A DNA stretch of 64,000 bases, taken from NCBI GenBank assembly GCA_002633005.1, contig NMRA01000023.1, forward strand, positions 1,344,689 to 1,408,688. The letters run 5' to 3'. A model generated the notes under the pieces. The model was not told the DNA's origin, did no database searches, and saw only the letters and a program-made list of their open reading frames with translations. The position numbers and the translations under genes are program-made. Origin of the DNA: Phoronis australis (taxonomy: Eukaryota; Animalia; Phoronida). Below, one piece after another: positions 1 to 14,179 of the stretch; positions within the stretch are counted from its first letter, which is position 1, and every line of letters begins with the position of its first letter.

Positions 1-719
1 TCTTGTTTCAGCTGTATAATGTTAATTACCGGGGTTAATTAGTATACTCTACATTTCTCAACGGTCTTTTTGTTTTATTTTTTTGCGGCAGCCAAGGGGG
101 GAGGGGCGCTCTGGTACCCCCCATAAACCCGCCTATGGAGTGTACGCGTTTACGATTTTAACTTTTGTCATTGTGACCGTGGTTCATTGCCATGACCCCC
201 TCCCCCCTTCATCTGTCTCCCTGATCTCTCCACTAGTTCGCTTGGCCCCTCTTTCCCCCGAGCGTGGATGGGAACTGTGAGTTGTTGAAATATCACATCT
301 CTTAAGACAATACAAATATATAATGATTCGAAAAAATCGGCGTGTGACGCCCTGCATGCCCTCGAGTGTCACGTGCTTGCAGATGAACAGAACCCATGGC
401 CCGTTTTATCAAAGGTTGTAAGCCTGGTCTTAGCTAAGACAGGCGTAACTTCGAGTTTTATTTGCACATAATCCACTAACGTGGATCGTGTAGGCGGTCT
501 TTGTATCCATTCATGGAAAGTTATCAACTTTTAGGGAACGTTTACAGAGTCTTTCTCGAACCAATTTGTGTTATTTTTTATGTTCTTGTACAATCTGAAG
601 CTCCTAGCAATGATTAATTTTCCCAGGAAATTTCGGTTCAGTCAAGGGATACTTGAACGTGACTTTTAGCGCCATATTACGTCACCGCGAGATTACTTCT
701 CCAATGGCCGTTAGTTGAG

Positions 720-753
720 GTCCTGAAGATGACTTTGTTTTCGAAAGCTTGAT
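720..753 (+). ncRNA. Possible minimal hammerhead ribozyme motif (Penelope-type architecture)
   Basis: CTGAAGA (723-729)-T-GA..TC-GAAA (743-746)-GCT-T with the palindromic AGCT typical of dimer-forming minimal hammerheads. Stems I and II are very weak. Confidence 0.3.
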
Positions 754-3700
754 AAGCATTTTGTGGCAGGCAACGGCAACTACATTGGAAAACGTTCGAA
801 TGCTTGTTTGTCTACATTTGACGTGTTTAACACTGGACCAGCCAGTCAGATAACACCAGTTGTCCCAATGCCCTGGTTAATTTGCCAAAGCCAACTTCGA
901 GGTGACTGGAAATACAGGACAGCGCCAATCATGAAATTATTGCTTGTGCATTTTTTTAAATAGACCAATCCGACCTCTTGGCCAAAGAGTGTGAACGAAT
1001 ATTGACTGAAGCTCTGATCTCTGTCGGCTCGTAAGTTTTCATTAATCATGCGATGAATTTCACTACGGTCCGTGCACTAAAAGTTATCAGTTAAAACCAA
1101 ATGGTTTTGTCAATCCGTTTCTTTAAACTGTTTAGGATGATGGAGCAATCATCTTTAAGAACCAAATCTGCATCTTTTGTCATTATTCAACGGTTGCAAC
1201 GTTTCGCTCTGAGGAAGAAGCGCTAACACGCCTGCTGCCGTCTTGGCACATCCGGGCATTACGACATTTAATAAAAACAAGCCCCACGAGAGTACTGCCG
1301 CGCATTCATCTCAATAACGTTATTGTCAGTTATAGTCCCTACAGCCAATGATCATCTGATTGCTATAGTCTTCTTATAACTTCACGTTAATTGTGACGCC
1401 TAAAGCTGAAACAACGTTGAATAATTGCACGAATAGCAATTAGTCATACTCGCTCGTGTATATTGTTTCTGTTGTTTATACAAGATCAATCCAGTTTTAT
1501 TTATTTTGCCCACTCGTGCGGCGAATTCCTAGTTATGGTAAAAATTCCCTGGCAAAATGTAAATCTTGCCCTGTGACGCTGGTCCCTCGGAGACTTCGCT
1601 ATCGATTGTCAATAGCATTTACGGTGTTTGCTGATTTTGGTTCAGCGAGTCGTGCATTGTTCTGTGGGGGTGATGCCAGTGCAGTGTACTCTAATGGTGA
1701 GAAAGAGTCGAGGACATCGAGGAATTGGTTGTCTTAAGTTCGCGGATGAAGTTGACGTCTTTGGTTAGTCGTTAAGGTAAGCGAAATGAAGCAGTCTACA
1801 AATCAACTTCAAAACGCACAGTTTGAGATCTTGAAAATCAAAGTGTCAAAGTTTAGCACTCGTTGCAACCTAAATTTCGGCATACCAATTTATGTAGAAC
1901 CTCGAAAAAGCAAACAATTGGGAGATGTCCAGTATTGAATTATTACGCTTAATTATTCATTTCAGTTATGCATTAAAAACTATGTAAGAAAAAAATTACT
2001 ATACTCCCATTTAAACAAAACTTTTACGTTTATTTCTTGCTGAATTAGAGCAATGTATTGTCCTGTTGTACTGTCTTATTGAGGTTAAAATGAACATTTG
2101 TAACTAGAATGTATTGCCACCTGCATGGAATATAAAAATGCCTAAAATGCACATGCTACTGTACATGTAGTTGCCGTAGCATGAGCCTGGCTGAACAAGT
2201 CACCGTTCGCTTCAAGAATATAAGCTCATTCGAATTCCTGGTGAGATAATTGATAACGTGTTTATATTTACAACCAAACTGACATCTAAGCGTATCTACG
2301 TCTAATCTTAGATCGCTATACCTATGCGTGATTAGACAAACACCGTGCTCCAAGATTTGGCATGTTCTAATCTTATACCAATTTTACCATTCAAAATTGC
2401 ATAAACACTATAATTAGTTATTGCAAAAATGTTTTTATTTAGCGGCTCCTATTTGGTAGCTAAACATCTTCAACTGAAACGTCGATAAATTTAATCTAAT
2501 AACATTCTAGAACTTTGGGACGTGACAATTCTTTCGGATAAACATAACTTCGTTTGCTTATAGTAGATCGTTACCATGGCGGCAGAAAGAAGATCGGCAT
2601 ACATACAATGTATGTGGCCTTGTCGCCTGCCTTATACGCAGCTATCTCGGAGCTTATTTAGTGACCTCCATTCTAACTCAAATATTAAAAAGAACTATCT
2701 TTGTCAAGTAGTAAAAGTACATATTTTCTGGTAGAAAAAGGTCACTTTATACTGTAAAAATGTGTTTTACATTTATGTGACATTATTGATTGTGATTACG
2801 ACCTTTTTAAGTCAAAATTTCATTTTTAAGAAAAGTACTTTCATAGCGAATTTCCCCCATAGTCGATTTTACTAAAACCCTTTTAAAATGAAAACTTAAC
2901 AGTTTACACCAAAAAGCACTGCTAGGGATTACTCATTAAGTTTTGTCTCTGTGACAAATAACTTGCAAAATCTAATGTATCTTTGTAACAAATGCAAGTC
3001 GCATTCGTCTACTTTACGGTTCGCTAAAACTAGGCGTTTAAAAGAAAAATCCTAAAAGTATTTTTGAGATTGATGAATAAATGTTTAAAGTGGAAAGTTT
3101 CATTGAAATTCGCAGAGCCGTTTTTTAAAAAAACTCGTATTCCTGAGTTCAAAATTAATGCGATTTGCCGAAGCCGAGAAAAGCCTCAGACGTTACGAGT
3201 GGCCTAAAAAATTTCAAGGTTTTCTATTAATTGTTCGGTGTATCACTAATTTTGTAAGTCGGTTTACAATATCTTCAGTGAAACTAGATAGACAAAAGGC
3301 GAGGAGTTTTAACGGTTGACCTATTTAATAAAATAGCAGCGCTACATTGCATTACGTACACAACACATGTCGAAGCATGTGCCAAGGAGACAGGAAGAAA
3401 CCAACTACGAATCTACGAAATGGACAATAGAAGTCGAGTATTTTTGGTTAAATAGCACCGTGAACACAAGATCGAAACAGCGAAACGCCAGGTTACAGGT
3501 GAAATGAATGAATTTGGGAGAGTATTTATCTTTTGTCACAGCCATATGCGTTCAGCATGGCACACGTCGTGCGGCGACTCGGCGCAAGTTTGTCATAACG
3601 TTATCAACGGTCGTAAGTACGCAGACGTGCAACTCCCTCAGGATCAAAACTACGCTTTGTCCTCTGTTTCCGCGGCATGTTCCCATGCTATGTACACCGG

Positions 3701-6700
3701 CCTCGTTAATTCAGTCTTGTGGCGACTTAGTGATTGAAAGTACTGTGAATTGTGGGAAGTGCACTTGCCAAGCGGGAGATTCGATTTGAGTGACAGTTCT
3801 GAAACGTTTAACCTTGGAAAAGTAATTAACAGATTTCCACGCGGTTAAAGGTGATTCATTGTAATTCTTTTATTCATGCTACACGTATTTGAATTTCCCC
3901 GAGAATAAAGATAAGGTATTTCGATTGATATTTGTGAAATATTCTGAAATGTACCTGTTTAATAGTTCAACAAAAGATCTAAAGTAAAAGTTGCTATTTT
4001 GACAGAAAACACGTCGCACTCTATATTAGTTTCGAGAGCGTACTCAACCGGCTATCTTTTAACAAGTATTGGATCACGTGACTCTTCATCCGAATCAGTT
4101 GCTACGTACTGTAGCTTTTGCCCTTAACTATGTGATTACATCTGGAAAACCTCGGATATTCTCATAGCCTTGTGATTGCTAGATTGCTTGCAATCAATAT
4201 TGCTATAGATCAATACTTAATTCACTCTCGTCATGCTTGGACGCCTTAAGAATACGCCAGGGGTCTTAGCGTAAACATACTACTTTACAATTAGTTATAA
4301 GTTTTCCTATTGTTTTTAAACAGGAAATCATTATACATCACTGTGCATTTACCGTGTTTGCAATTACTTAAGACATATCGGCGAACATATCGTCCGAAGA
4401 CATTTTTCGGAGTCTCCGTCGTTCTTCCTGTCATTATTTTTACGAATTGAGTTCAAATAATTAAACTCTCTAAGCAGTATTCTTACTGTCATCGAACTAT
4501 TGGATTTGTATGCAATCTCCCCGCTACGGCGACCAACAAATTCTTGTAAGAGCTAAGTTTTAGACAAAGTTTATAATCTCTACCTCAAAATTTGGACTCA
4601 CATCTTCTGATAATGATTCTAAGATAGATACATGTCTCTAGTTGGAGTGATAGCAGCCTGGTACCAACAGCTTTTTAGTTGTAATCTTCCTTGTAAATTC
4701 CCCATCTTAAATAGGGTATGTTTGCTTCAGAATTGCTCGTGCTTCTGAAGTGTGATATATCTCTCTGACTCACGAATAAATGAATTAGGCTTGAGGCATA
4801 TTTGAAACTGTTTTGCCCAAAATGCAAATGTAATCCGATTGCATTAAAGGAGAATGCCACCCGATTTAATTAGTCTTTGCCATCTTAATCGGTCTATATC
4901 TACATCGCCTCGCATACGATCGACCTTACCTTGCTAAGAGGTGTCGCGTTAACCTGTGAGGAAGGTGAGAAACGACGCTAGCGACGTCAGTGGTTCATAT
5001 GCAGAGTGAATGCCGCTATGTTGTGGTGCATCGTCCCCGCTTGTCCGAACTAAGCAGCTGCAAGGAAAGCGGGTATATCGTTTTTTTACTTCCTCGAAAG
5101 TCCGAAATGCTTAGGAAGTGGCTCATGGTAGTAGAATGAAATGTACGCTGTAAATAGCAAGTATGAGGCCGTGAAACATCTCCGTGTCTGTGGCCTGCAG
5201 ACGTCGACATTGCCTGACGAATGCCGGCTTATCAAATAACTCCATACGTTCCGTTGCCTGAGCTTGTTCACGGCGCTTCTCTAGTATTTCTTCATCACTG
5301 TATTCCTGTTCGAATTGATAGCCTGTAAAACTTAACGATCCACCTGCGAAGTCAGGACTGATGAGCTCTAGCTCGTCCTAAGTCCGGATCAGGATTGCGA
5401 GTTGCCATGTTGACGTTTATTACTGAACGTTCTGTTTCAAAATGAATTATTCTCACCCTAACCAATACTTATAAAAAACTGAAACAAAGTCTGTCTCATT
5501 AGATGCAATTTGTAATGCCTTTGGAGTGTTCGTGAGTGCAAATGATTTGAGAATCCAGCAATGAATAAATCACTGCGTTACCGGCTTTAGGTGCAATAAA
5601 ACTAATTAACAAGACACCGAGGCCGTGTGAGCTCATGCTAAGTTAGTGTTTGCTGGCAGAAACTGTTTTGAAACAACTCGATTTCCATCCCACGGCCAGG
5701 TGTTAGGGGAATCTTTATTTCCTTTTACATTACTCAAATAATGATTGTCAATGTACAACTTCTGCCCTGCCGGTGCTGTGGCCAAAGCGGAACCTGAATT
5801 CGCGGCCCCCGACGAGTAAGTAGATTTGCAGTTTCGTGGCTAGTTCACCAACATAATCAGGTGCACATTACTTTGGCTCACTAGTATGGTATTTTCTTGA
5901 CTAGAAGTTTATTTTCTACTGAACTTTGGCTGGTTTATGTTCGTGATGTCTGATCAGGTCCCGAGCCACTGGCCGGGATAACGAGTCAGGCCGGGCCGGC
6001 CGCGACTGGCCTGATCGGGCTCCGTGACACTGGCCAGGATAACAAGCGTTTTGTGTTTAGAAATCAAAAAATCACAAATCTAAACAACACAGATCTAGGT
6101 TCTCCTGTCTGTATCTCACGGAAAATACTTCGAAATTATCTCCGAACAGACCCCAAACTCCTGCTACGGACCTTATTGGCCTGCCGAACTTTGTAGGCTA
6201 CGGTGTGTCCAACTATCAATAAATCCGTAACAGCGAAATAAAACAACACGTTTTTATAAGAACTCGGTGTATTTTTAAGGGTTTTACATCGAAGTTTGAT
6301 GATTTATTGGTGTTAAACGATGACTTCAAGCGATCAGCCGACACCAGTAACCCGTGTTGTGAATTGCTGAACAAACTGCGTGTGAAACCGATGACGTCAT
6401 TGGATAATTTCAGCACCTCCGTCTGCCGTCAGGTGTCAGGTAACGCAATCGTACCTGTCGTTACTCGATCTTAATTGATACAAATTATGTTGTTTTTTGG
6501 GTGGCATGATCCTTTAAATCATTCTGACCTAATGTCAGCCATCTTGAACTTTAGAATGTTACCTTTGAAAGATTAAAAACGTTATAAACCAAAAATACAC
6601 CAATATTGACACGTGTTGAAAACAAGCTTACCATTGTAAGTTTAATGGACTGTAGAAAGCTCGTGGCCAGCATAAGTCATCAGTCTGTATATCACAATTT

Positions 6701-9585
6701 CGTTGCGTTTGTAATTAGAGGCCTTAACTTGTGGTTTACGAGCCATAGCATCTGGACACTACCTGTCTGTGAAATGCAATTGTCGTGCCACTTTATGGTA
6801 TGCAGGTGCGGGATACCAATGTCCGGCCATGCGTTGGGCTAACTGCTCCTGAAAAAATCAGCCTCATAGTCAAACATCGTGACATAGCACTGCCTAGAGT
6901 TCTATGGTCTTGCCAAGGGTTTTCTTTCGCTAGCCGCATTGCTGGTTGTTTTTCAAATGCATTATGGGAAGTTTGGTTGGCTTGTAAACATCCGCTGACA
7001 TCGCCGGAAGACTTGGATACGTGTATCAAAACAGACTGCGTTCCGTAGACGCAAAATTTTAACGAGTAAAGCTAGTTTGATCTCGTGCTTCGCATGGCGA
7101 AGTCACGCCTAATTTTCCGTTTACGTGATCGAGTTTCTTGCGTCTAGGTAATCCAGGTCTGACGGTTTAGGTGGTGAGCTTTAGTTTCAGCCGGGTCGGT
7201 TGACGCGTGCCTCTAAAATCTTTCACCAAAACGCTTTTCTAAAAGTCTCTCTATTCATTCGATACACTTTTAACTGGATCAATTTACTTACTTATTTACT
7301 TTAATTATTTTTATTTATTCATATCACCAATGCGGATGTTGCAGTGAATCCGTGCTTTCAATTATGGTGACTTTTAGTGACAATATGTTTGTTTTTATGA
7401 AAATATTAGCGTGGGTAAAATTTGATGTCAAAGATTTGTTCTGGCGATCATTTGATTCTTAAAACGTCATAGATATCTCTTTGTGAGTTGGTTTACTGGT
7501 GCGTGCAAAGCATTATTTCAACAAAGCAAAGTTCCAGATTTCCCATACACTTAATAGTTTCAGCCGCAGATCTAAGTCTCTTCAGCTAGATCTAACTATT
7601 GACTTTAATATTGAAAGCTAGCTCTCAACTGCGGGCCAAAGTACAATGAACATTAATAAGCATACAACGAATGAAATGATAGGGGTTCGTCAGAGCTTTG
7701 CCGCCAGGTTCGATGATGGGAAACGACAACATTCTATCTTGAAGTAGGCGAATGCTGTTGTACGTGGTTAGGACGGAGAGCATTTTACAAAACAAAATGT
7801 CAGATTAAGTGGTATGACGACTGTAAAGATTTGACTGTGACATCACTCATGAACAAATGACGTGACCGTTAAGAAGTTCTTAATTAACTAAGGAAATTAT
7901 CGATAACTTTAATTGGGGAACTTTAATGCAGGCTATTTTCACTAACATGTCTCTTCTCGTCTTTAACAATGTAATTCATTGACCAATTCAACAAGTTCCC
8001 GTCGTCTAGACATTATGCCGGAAATGCACAGCTCATGTGCGGCATGTTGAGCTGAAAACGGAAATATGGTGGCCGACGAAGTTGATCAATAATTGGGTAT
8101 ACTTACGCAATAATTGATCTGAATAAATTAAATAATACATGATACTCTACACACGTGCACTGTTACAATCGACATGTCTAGAGCCACTTGTGGAGACATG
8201 CATTTATAAGCCTTTTAGAGTTTGTGACTATTGCAGAAGCTATTTTGGTTTCAATTGATTCAGGAAACCGGGTCGGAGCACGTATTAAATCACGCCAGTG
8301 TTCACCAGGAGGTAAGCGAAATATTTCAGCCGTTATCAAAAAGAAAAATCTCTCATCTGTTTGTCACATTTTAGAATAATAGAAATTAAAGAGTTGATTT
8401 TTTGATTCGTCGCTATCAGTAATTCACGACGGAACGGTGTAGGTTCATTTTTGTATATGTACCTGTAAAACCAGATGGCCATATATTTTTCAAATTCTTG
8501 ATTATCACACGAATGTGTCAAGTTGTATAAGTCAACACAGAAGCGTTGCCCAACTGCCTGTAGTCAAGCGAACGCGTCTTTTCCTTTACAATATGTAGTT
8601 CTCATATAAACTGAGTTTGATGTTAATTTATACTCTACAGACTGTTAATATTCGACTTCGTGGCTTCATTGATTCAAGTGCAGACATGAATGTACTGATA
8701 CATATTTAAAGAAAAACGTATCTTTGACATAAAATTTCTTACGTTGTTTTGCGGAAGTGACGACAATGAATAAGCCAGACTTTAAAGTTAACGATGCCGA
8801 AGAGACTTACACAATAGACCATAATAAGACAAGCTGAGAGTTATCACAAAGACCGGACAGTTCTGCTTAATCCCAAAAATGTTTCGCATAAGGAACAGTT
8901 TGAGACCATTTACACATTGAAAATAGATGCAAATAAAAAGTAATATATTTACTTAAGGAGGTTTACAGCATTGTCTAGTCGGAAAATGGCCCCCTCATCC
9001 CCCGTGTACTACACACCGTGCACCCCCCTCCCTCCGCGCACCCATTCCCTTCGCGCGCACCCCCGTGTACCCCCTCCGTTCCCCCAGGACATCGATTTCT
9101 AACTTTTTATAAGGAAATTTGGTAGAAAAATATATAATGAATTTGATGTGAACAAGCTGGAAAATGTCCCACGTATGAGTTAAGAACCACCATTACTGAA
9201 TTTTGTTATTTCGCAATATCTCAAAGACTACTTCTTATAACTGACCGCATTCAGTCTCTATATACCTATATTCTTTAGAATCGGGCATTGCAACAAAACC
9301 GTTTTGTATATAATTAATTGTATCTATTGTGTACCAGACTACACAATAGCATTGGTTCTTAATTGGCTGATCACCACTAAAAGACTTGTACATGCGGGTC
9401 TCACACGCCTTACGAGCTGAAAAAAGATTATAGATAATTGACCTGGTTGAACTGGTTGTTTTTATTGGCAGTCTCCGTCCACATTACAAACATCGGCCAG
9501 TAGGAGATCAATCGGCCAGTTGGCAGACGGCATGACCGCACTGGTTCTAGCAGCTGCGTCACCATACCCTATCCACCCTGGAGAG

Positions 9586-9760
9586 CATGTACGCACCCAG
9601 CCTTTGATATGGGGGCTCGAATTTCTGACTAAGTGGACCTTTTGCTAAACGGGGTATCTCCTTCAGAACTGTGCGTCTGCGCCTTTTTAGTGGGCTTTTG
9701 TCTCATTTTCTCGGACTTTTTGTTTCTCTGAGGAGCTTCTATAGGAGCTTCATACGCCGG
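9586..9760 (-). mobile_element. CATG-terminated MITE family, partial copy C
   Basis: Starts catgtacgcacccagc and contains gcgcctttttagtgggcttttgtctc. The right end is not identifiable. Confidence 0.55.
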
Positions 9761-9833
9761 AAGCTTTTCCGCAAATAATGCCACACCGACTAAAACACCA
9801 GTCACGTTGTTATAAATACTTTTTGCGCATTAA

Positions 9834-12083
9834 AGGGACACCTTAGGATGCCGTCGATGTACTTAATTTCTTCGAACTCAAAGAAATACTCCCATTATCA
9901 AACTTTTTCGTCGAGCAGTGCCTCGTTCAGTTCCAAAAATCGGTTAACTCCCCATTTTTAACTCTGCGCGAGGTAGGTGGTATGACGTCATATCCCCTGG
10001 TGCGCGCTGTGTAAAAATGGCGAGTTACCGACAACCACGATGCTCAATTCATATAAGAATTGTTTTGTATACCCTAATGCCGTCACACTTAAGGACAAAA
10101 TATTGCCAGACCAGGATAACAGAAAACTAACATCTTTACAAGTCTAATGTTTCATAGGTGATCGTGTCAGTTGTGCATGTAGATACATGATCTGGTTGAC
10201 AAATGCGACAACTAAAACATTTTGGCAAAGTCCTGGGAGAGATGACAACTGTGAAGCTCTACTACTCGGGGGTTTATATATGTTCATTGGAGAAGCATGC
10301 TCCAGTGCAAGATAAAGCAATGGTGGGGCTCCTCAAAAGCTTGAACAAACACCATGTTTCCCACTGCATTCAGGCTACTTGGTGTCGGTTCTGATGCGAC
10401 TCCTCAAGTAAAGAGTTGGAGTAGTTCACCTGCTTTGCTTATGATCAGAGTCAAAAGTCATACATTCAATGAGAAAAATCAACGTATTTCATAAACAGGC
10501 ATGGCGGTGAACTGCTGCCATACGGACGCATGCAGTCATAACCTTGTGACAAAGAAATACATTGAGTGAGAGATGAAGAGCCGTTACATCTACATGCAGT
10601 GTGTTTATACTGCCCTATCCTACCTATCTCAGCCACTGATCTCATGATCTCTGATGTTTGTGAAGAGGATGAAAGGGAAAATGAGCAGGTGTCTGACGAA
10701 AGGAGATGAACGCGATTGGAATGACGTAAATCTGTGCTTTTATTGTGTTCTGTCTAAGAAGAATTTAAGTCCAGTGTGCTGTGTAATACGCTACAGAAAC
10801 AAGAGAGTATTTTGAAAATGGTTTTATCGTAATGCTCGACCCTCAAAACATAGACACGTATTTATTCACAAGTTCCATTCACAAAACCGCAGTTAAGAAG
10901 TTTATACTCGAGTTATGCACAGGGATGGGCATTTTCCCACTCAACTAGTACTGCTGTGCACAGGTTACGTGTGAACGCCCATTTTTGAAGAGATACACGA
11001 CTTAATGGGTTGACGGTTTATATTTAAATCTGTGTATAAAAATGTAACCGTCGCAAACAAATGTTTGCAGAAAATTGAATTTCAACTTTGCAATAAAAAC
11101 TAAATTTAAATTAATTGAATTAAATGACTCACTGCATCTACTTTCATATGTTTTATTTATGTCTTGACATGATCTACGATAATTAACAATAAAAATGCCC
11201 ACTCGCGAGACAGAGCTGGGGCTTGCATATAGTGGCGCATACGACATGTATAGGTGGCGCATACGACATCCATAGGTGGCGCATACGACATGTGCTGTTC
11301 AGAAGAGATACTGGCAAATTCCTTACAATAAGGAGTCGATTTTTAAGTGAGGAAATGGTGGGCAACCATGCTCACATACGACGACAAATTGCGTGCTCAC
11401 CTAAGACTTGAGAAGTAAGACAAATGAACACAAGGGACTCAATGATAACAGGTGTAACCAGAGATAAAGATCCTAAGTAAGTTGTATTTGTCAATTGTGT
11501 CTGACACATTTCTTGGAAGAATGCAATTGTTAACTAAATGAGTTACTTTAAACATTCACGGGTTTTGATAATTTTTCTGTTGTAGGCCTACATATAGCTG
11601 GGTATTTTGATTGGTGGAATTAAGAAAATGCCATAGAAATAAATGGTTTGCTGTTCATGCTTGAGAGTATATTATAACAGAATTTAATAATACTCTTTCC
11701 TTTAGATTTATCAATTTAGATCACGTGATGAGTTACGTCAGTCGAAAGATATCACTAAAACATAAACATTTCGTAACTTTCAGCCCTGTTTGTCTTTGCC
11801 TTAGTTTGCCATTATTTTCTTAAATGCTTCTCTTTTTAAAATGGGTGAGGAAACATCATTACATACGGCGGAAGTTGAATGTATAAATCAGATGACACTC
11901 ACAGCGGCGGCCATTTTAGGTGGTGGCGCACAACCAAAAATAGAAATTAAACTAAAAATCTGTATTAAACATTTGAAATTGTGTTAAATGAGCATTATTT
12001 GGGCTTAAGTTTCGACTGAACTAACTTGCGTTAAAATTAGTGTTTTGAATTTTTTTAACTAAAATGAATCGTAAAGAGTATCT
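9834..12083. mobile_element. Possible Kolobok-like element (TTAA-flanked, degenerate TIR)
   Basis: TTAA|AGGGACACCTTAGGATGC versus right-end reverse complement AGATACTCTTTACGATTC (12/18 match), followed by TTAA. The interior has decayed coding-like stretches. Confidence 0.35.
11232..11292. repeat. 22-bp tandem repeat, about 3 copies
   Basis: gtggcgcatacgacat(gt/cc)atag repeated. Confidence 0.9.
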
Positions 12084-13039
12084 TTAAGGCAGGCTTAGTT
12101 ACAAATGACGTCAAGAAGAGGTTTCTGTTTCTCTGTAGGTTCAATGTGAGCATAATGATGAATTGTTCTCTCACAATTATCAAATCCACATTGCGTTATG
12201 TCAAAGTATACAAGGTGAATGTGATAACATGAGAGCATTGCTTACCATACATACCGCCAAGAGTGCCTGTTCAGGAAAGTAGTGCTTCAATACAGACAGG
12301 ACTCAAACAGTTAAAAGCAATTCCTTTTGCAAATTTCCTTTACAGTGCTTGTTCCACACACGACTGTCTTCAAAAAATTGAATTGTTTCGTAATCGTTTA
12401 TTGTTAACTAGCACTGAGCTAGTGCGAAACGCAGAGGGTAATAAATACTTAGACTAAGAGTGAACATTAGTGTTCATCGCAAGAGACAGGAATACATCTT
12501 GAAAAGGCCGTGTTCAAAGCTTCAAGCAGAATTTCAGTCACTGTCAGATTTTAGTAGGCAAGATGTGAGGCTGCGGATTGTTTCTCCAGGCAGTACACAT
12601 TTCTTTCCAGAACATTTGACCCTGCCGTAACACAAAGTACAGTAATCAGATATTCTTTAAAGTGAAAACTAATAATACATTTAAAATACTGTATATTACA
12701 AAAGTTGCATCATAAACATACATATACTGAGGTAGAAAGCCAGCTAGCTGTATGAAGACTATCGTCGACATACAGCTAGGTACCTAGTGTGTGTAGAGCT
12801 CCGGTTAGACACCGAAATCATCACCGAACCCCGGTGCTCAGCTTGTCACCTGGTCATGAAACTTAGAGCTAACAACGGGGGTGCATGCTGAATCTGGGAA
12901 TGAAGCAACATTCACTTTGCCCGTTACAGCCGGTTATAAAAGTAAAAAGACAATCTAATAAACGTTATTTTTCGTAATTCTCCGCCTTTTGTAACAAAGG
13001 AAATCTGTGGTCGTTTTGAAAACAGTGCATACATGTGGC

Positions 13040-13191
13040 CAGGGGCGGATCAAGGATTTTGAGTTGGGGGGGGCAGGGCAGAGTATTAGCCAGGATTTTG
13101 CCCGTCAGAATTTCGAACTGCCAAATGGAGTCTGGGAGAATTTTAGGGGGGCCATGGCCCTCTTGCCCCCCCCCCTCTAAATCCACCAGTG
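13040..13191. mobile_element. Small hAT-like MITE (CAGGGGCGGATC...ATCCACCAGTG type)
   Basis: Imperfect TIR with internal G-run/C-run arms. A related copy lies at about 25424-25577. No clean TSD. Confidence 0.55.
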
Positions 13192-14179
13192 GTTGCACCC
13201 GCACGTATACGCCATTTCCGAAAATTCTGCGATATCTCTCGAGAGTTTTTTTCTGAAATTGGGTTTTCTGATCATAAATAGAAAAAACTTGTAATGAAAT
13301 GAAACCACTTGCGCTTGTTATGACATGTACGCAACCTCACATTTGATTGAATAACAGGTGACGCAATGGCGCCCAAAGAGCGCACCGCAATTTTAACAGG
13401 AGAATAACTGAAGAACGCCAATTTCCCAACACCAGGGTAAATAATTTGGTTTACTCAAGGAAATTAAGGATTTTTTAATGAGGCATCATTAATTTTGGCA
13501 GCGACAGGCCAGGTGAATTGCACACGCGTGACAGGAGCCGGAGGGAGTGAAATTAAGCCGACGGAGTGACGTCACCCAGGCCATTGAGCCGACGAACTGA
13601 CGTCACCAAGGCCAGTACGAAACTGGCCACCCTCCCTCCGCGTCTGCGAACAAACGGTCCGCAAGAAAAAAATAGAACACCTTGAATCCAAATAGGGGGC
13701 CGGTGCTATACCTGGGAACAAGGCGGTGCCTAAACGGGCGCAACGAAGGTCTGTAGTGGAGGGGGGGAGACGGAGTTTGTGCAAACGATGCATTTTATAT
13801 AATAGATTTTTTTACATCGCGTGGAAATCTGCATCGACAATTTTTTCTTAGGAAACCGATGTAGCATAAACGGTTGCGGCAAGTATCATTTCCTTGATGA
13901 ATAGGGATTATCTTACATGTAGCTGTTTCAATATTAACTGGGAAAATACCTGTCAGCACGGATCAGTTTATAATCAAAGAAAGTGGTTTTTCTAGAAAGA
14001 ACATGTTTATGTCCCAATCGCTGTCTGTTTTTGACATTGATAATGATGATATTTACAAATTAAATTTACAAATTGAATTAAAAATCAATTGAAACTTCTA
14101 TATGATATATACAATGAATTCTAGAGAGGGTAAATGACTGAAACGAAGGGAGGAACAGCTTTGATGGCAACATACACAA

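Noticed and set aside
398-460. Harbinger-like left terminus ggcccgttttatcaaag...cttagctaagaca
   Set aside because: No matching right TIR was found, so element boundaries cannot be supported.
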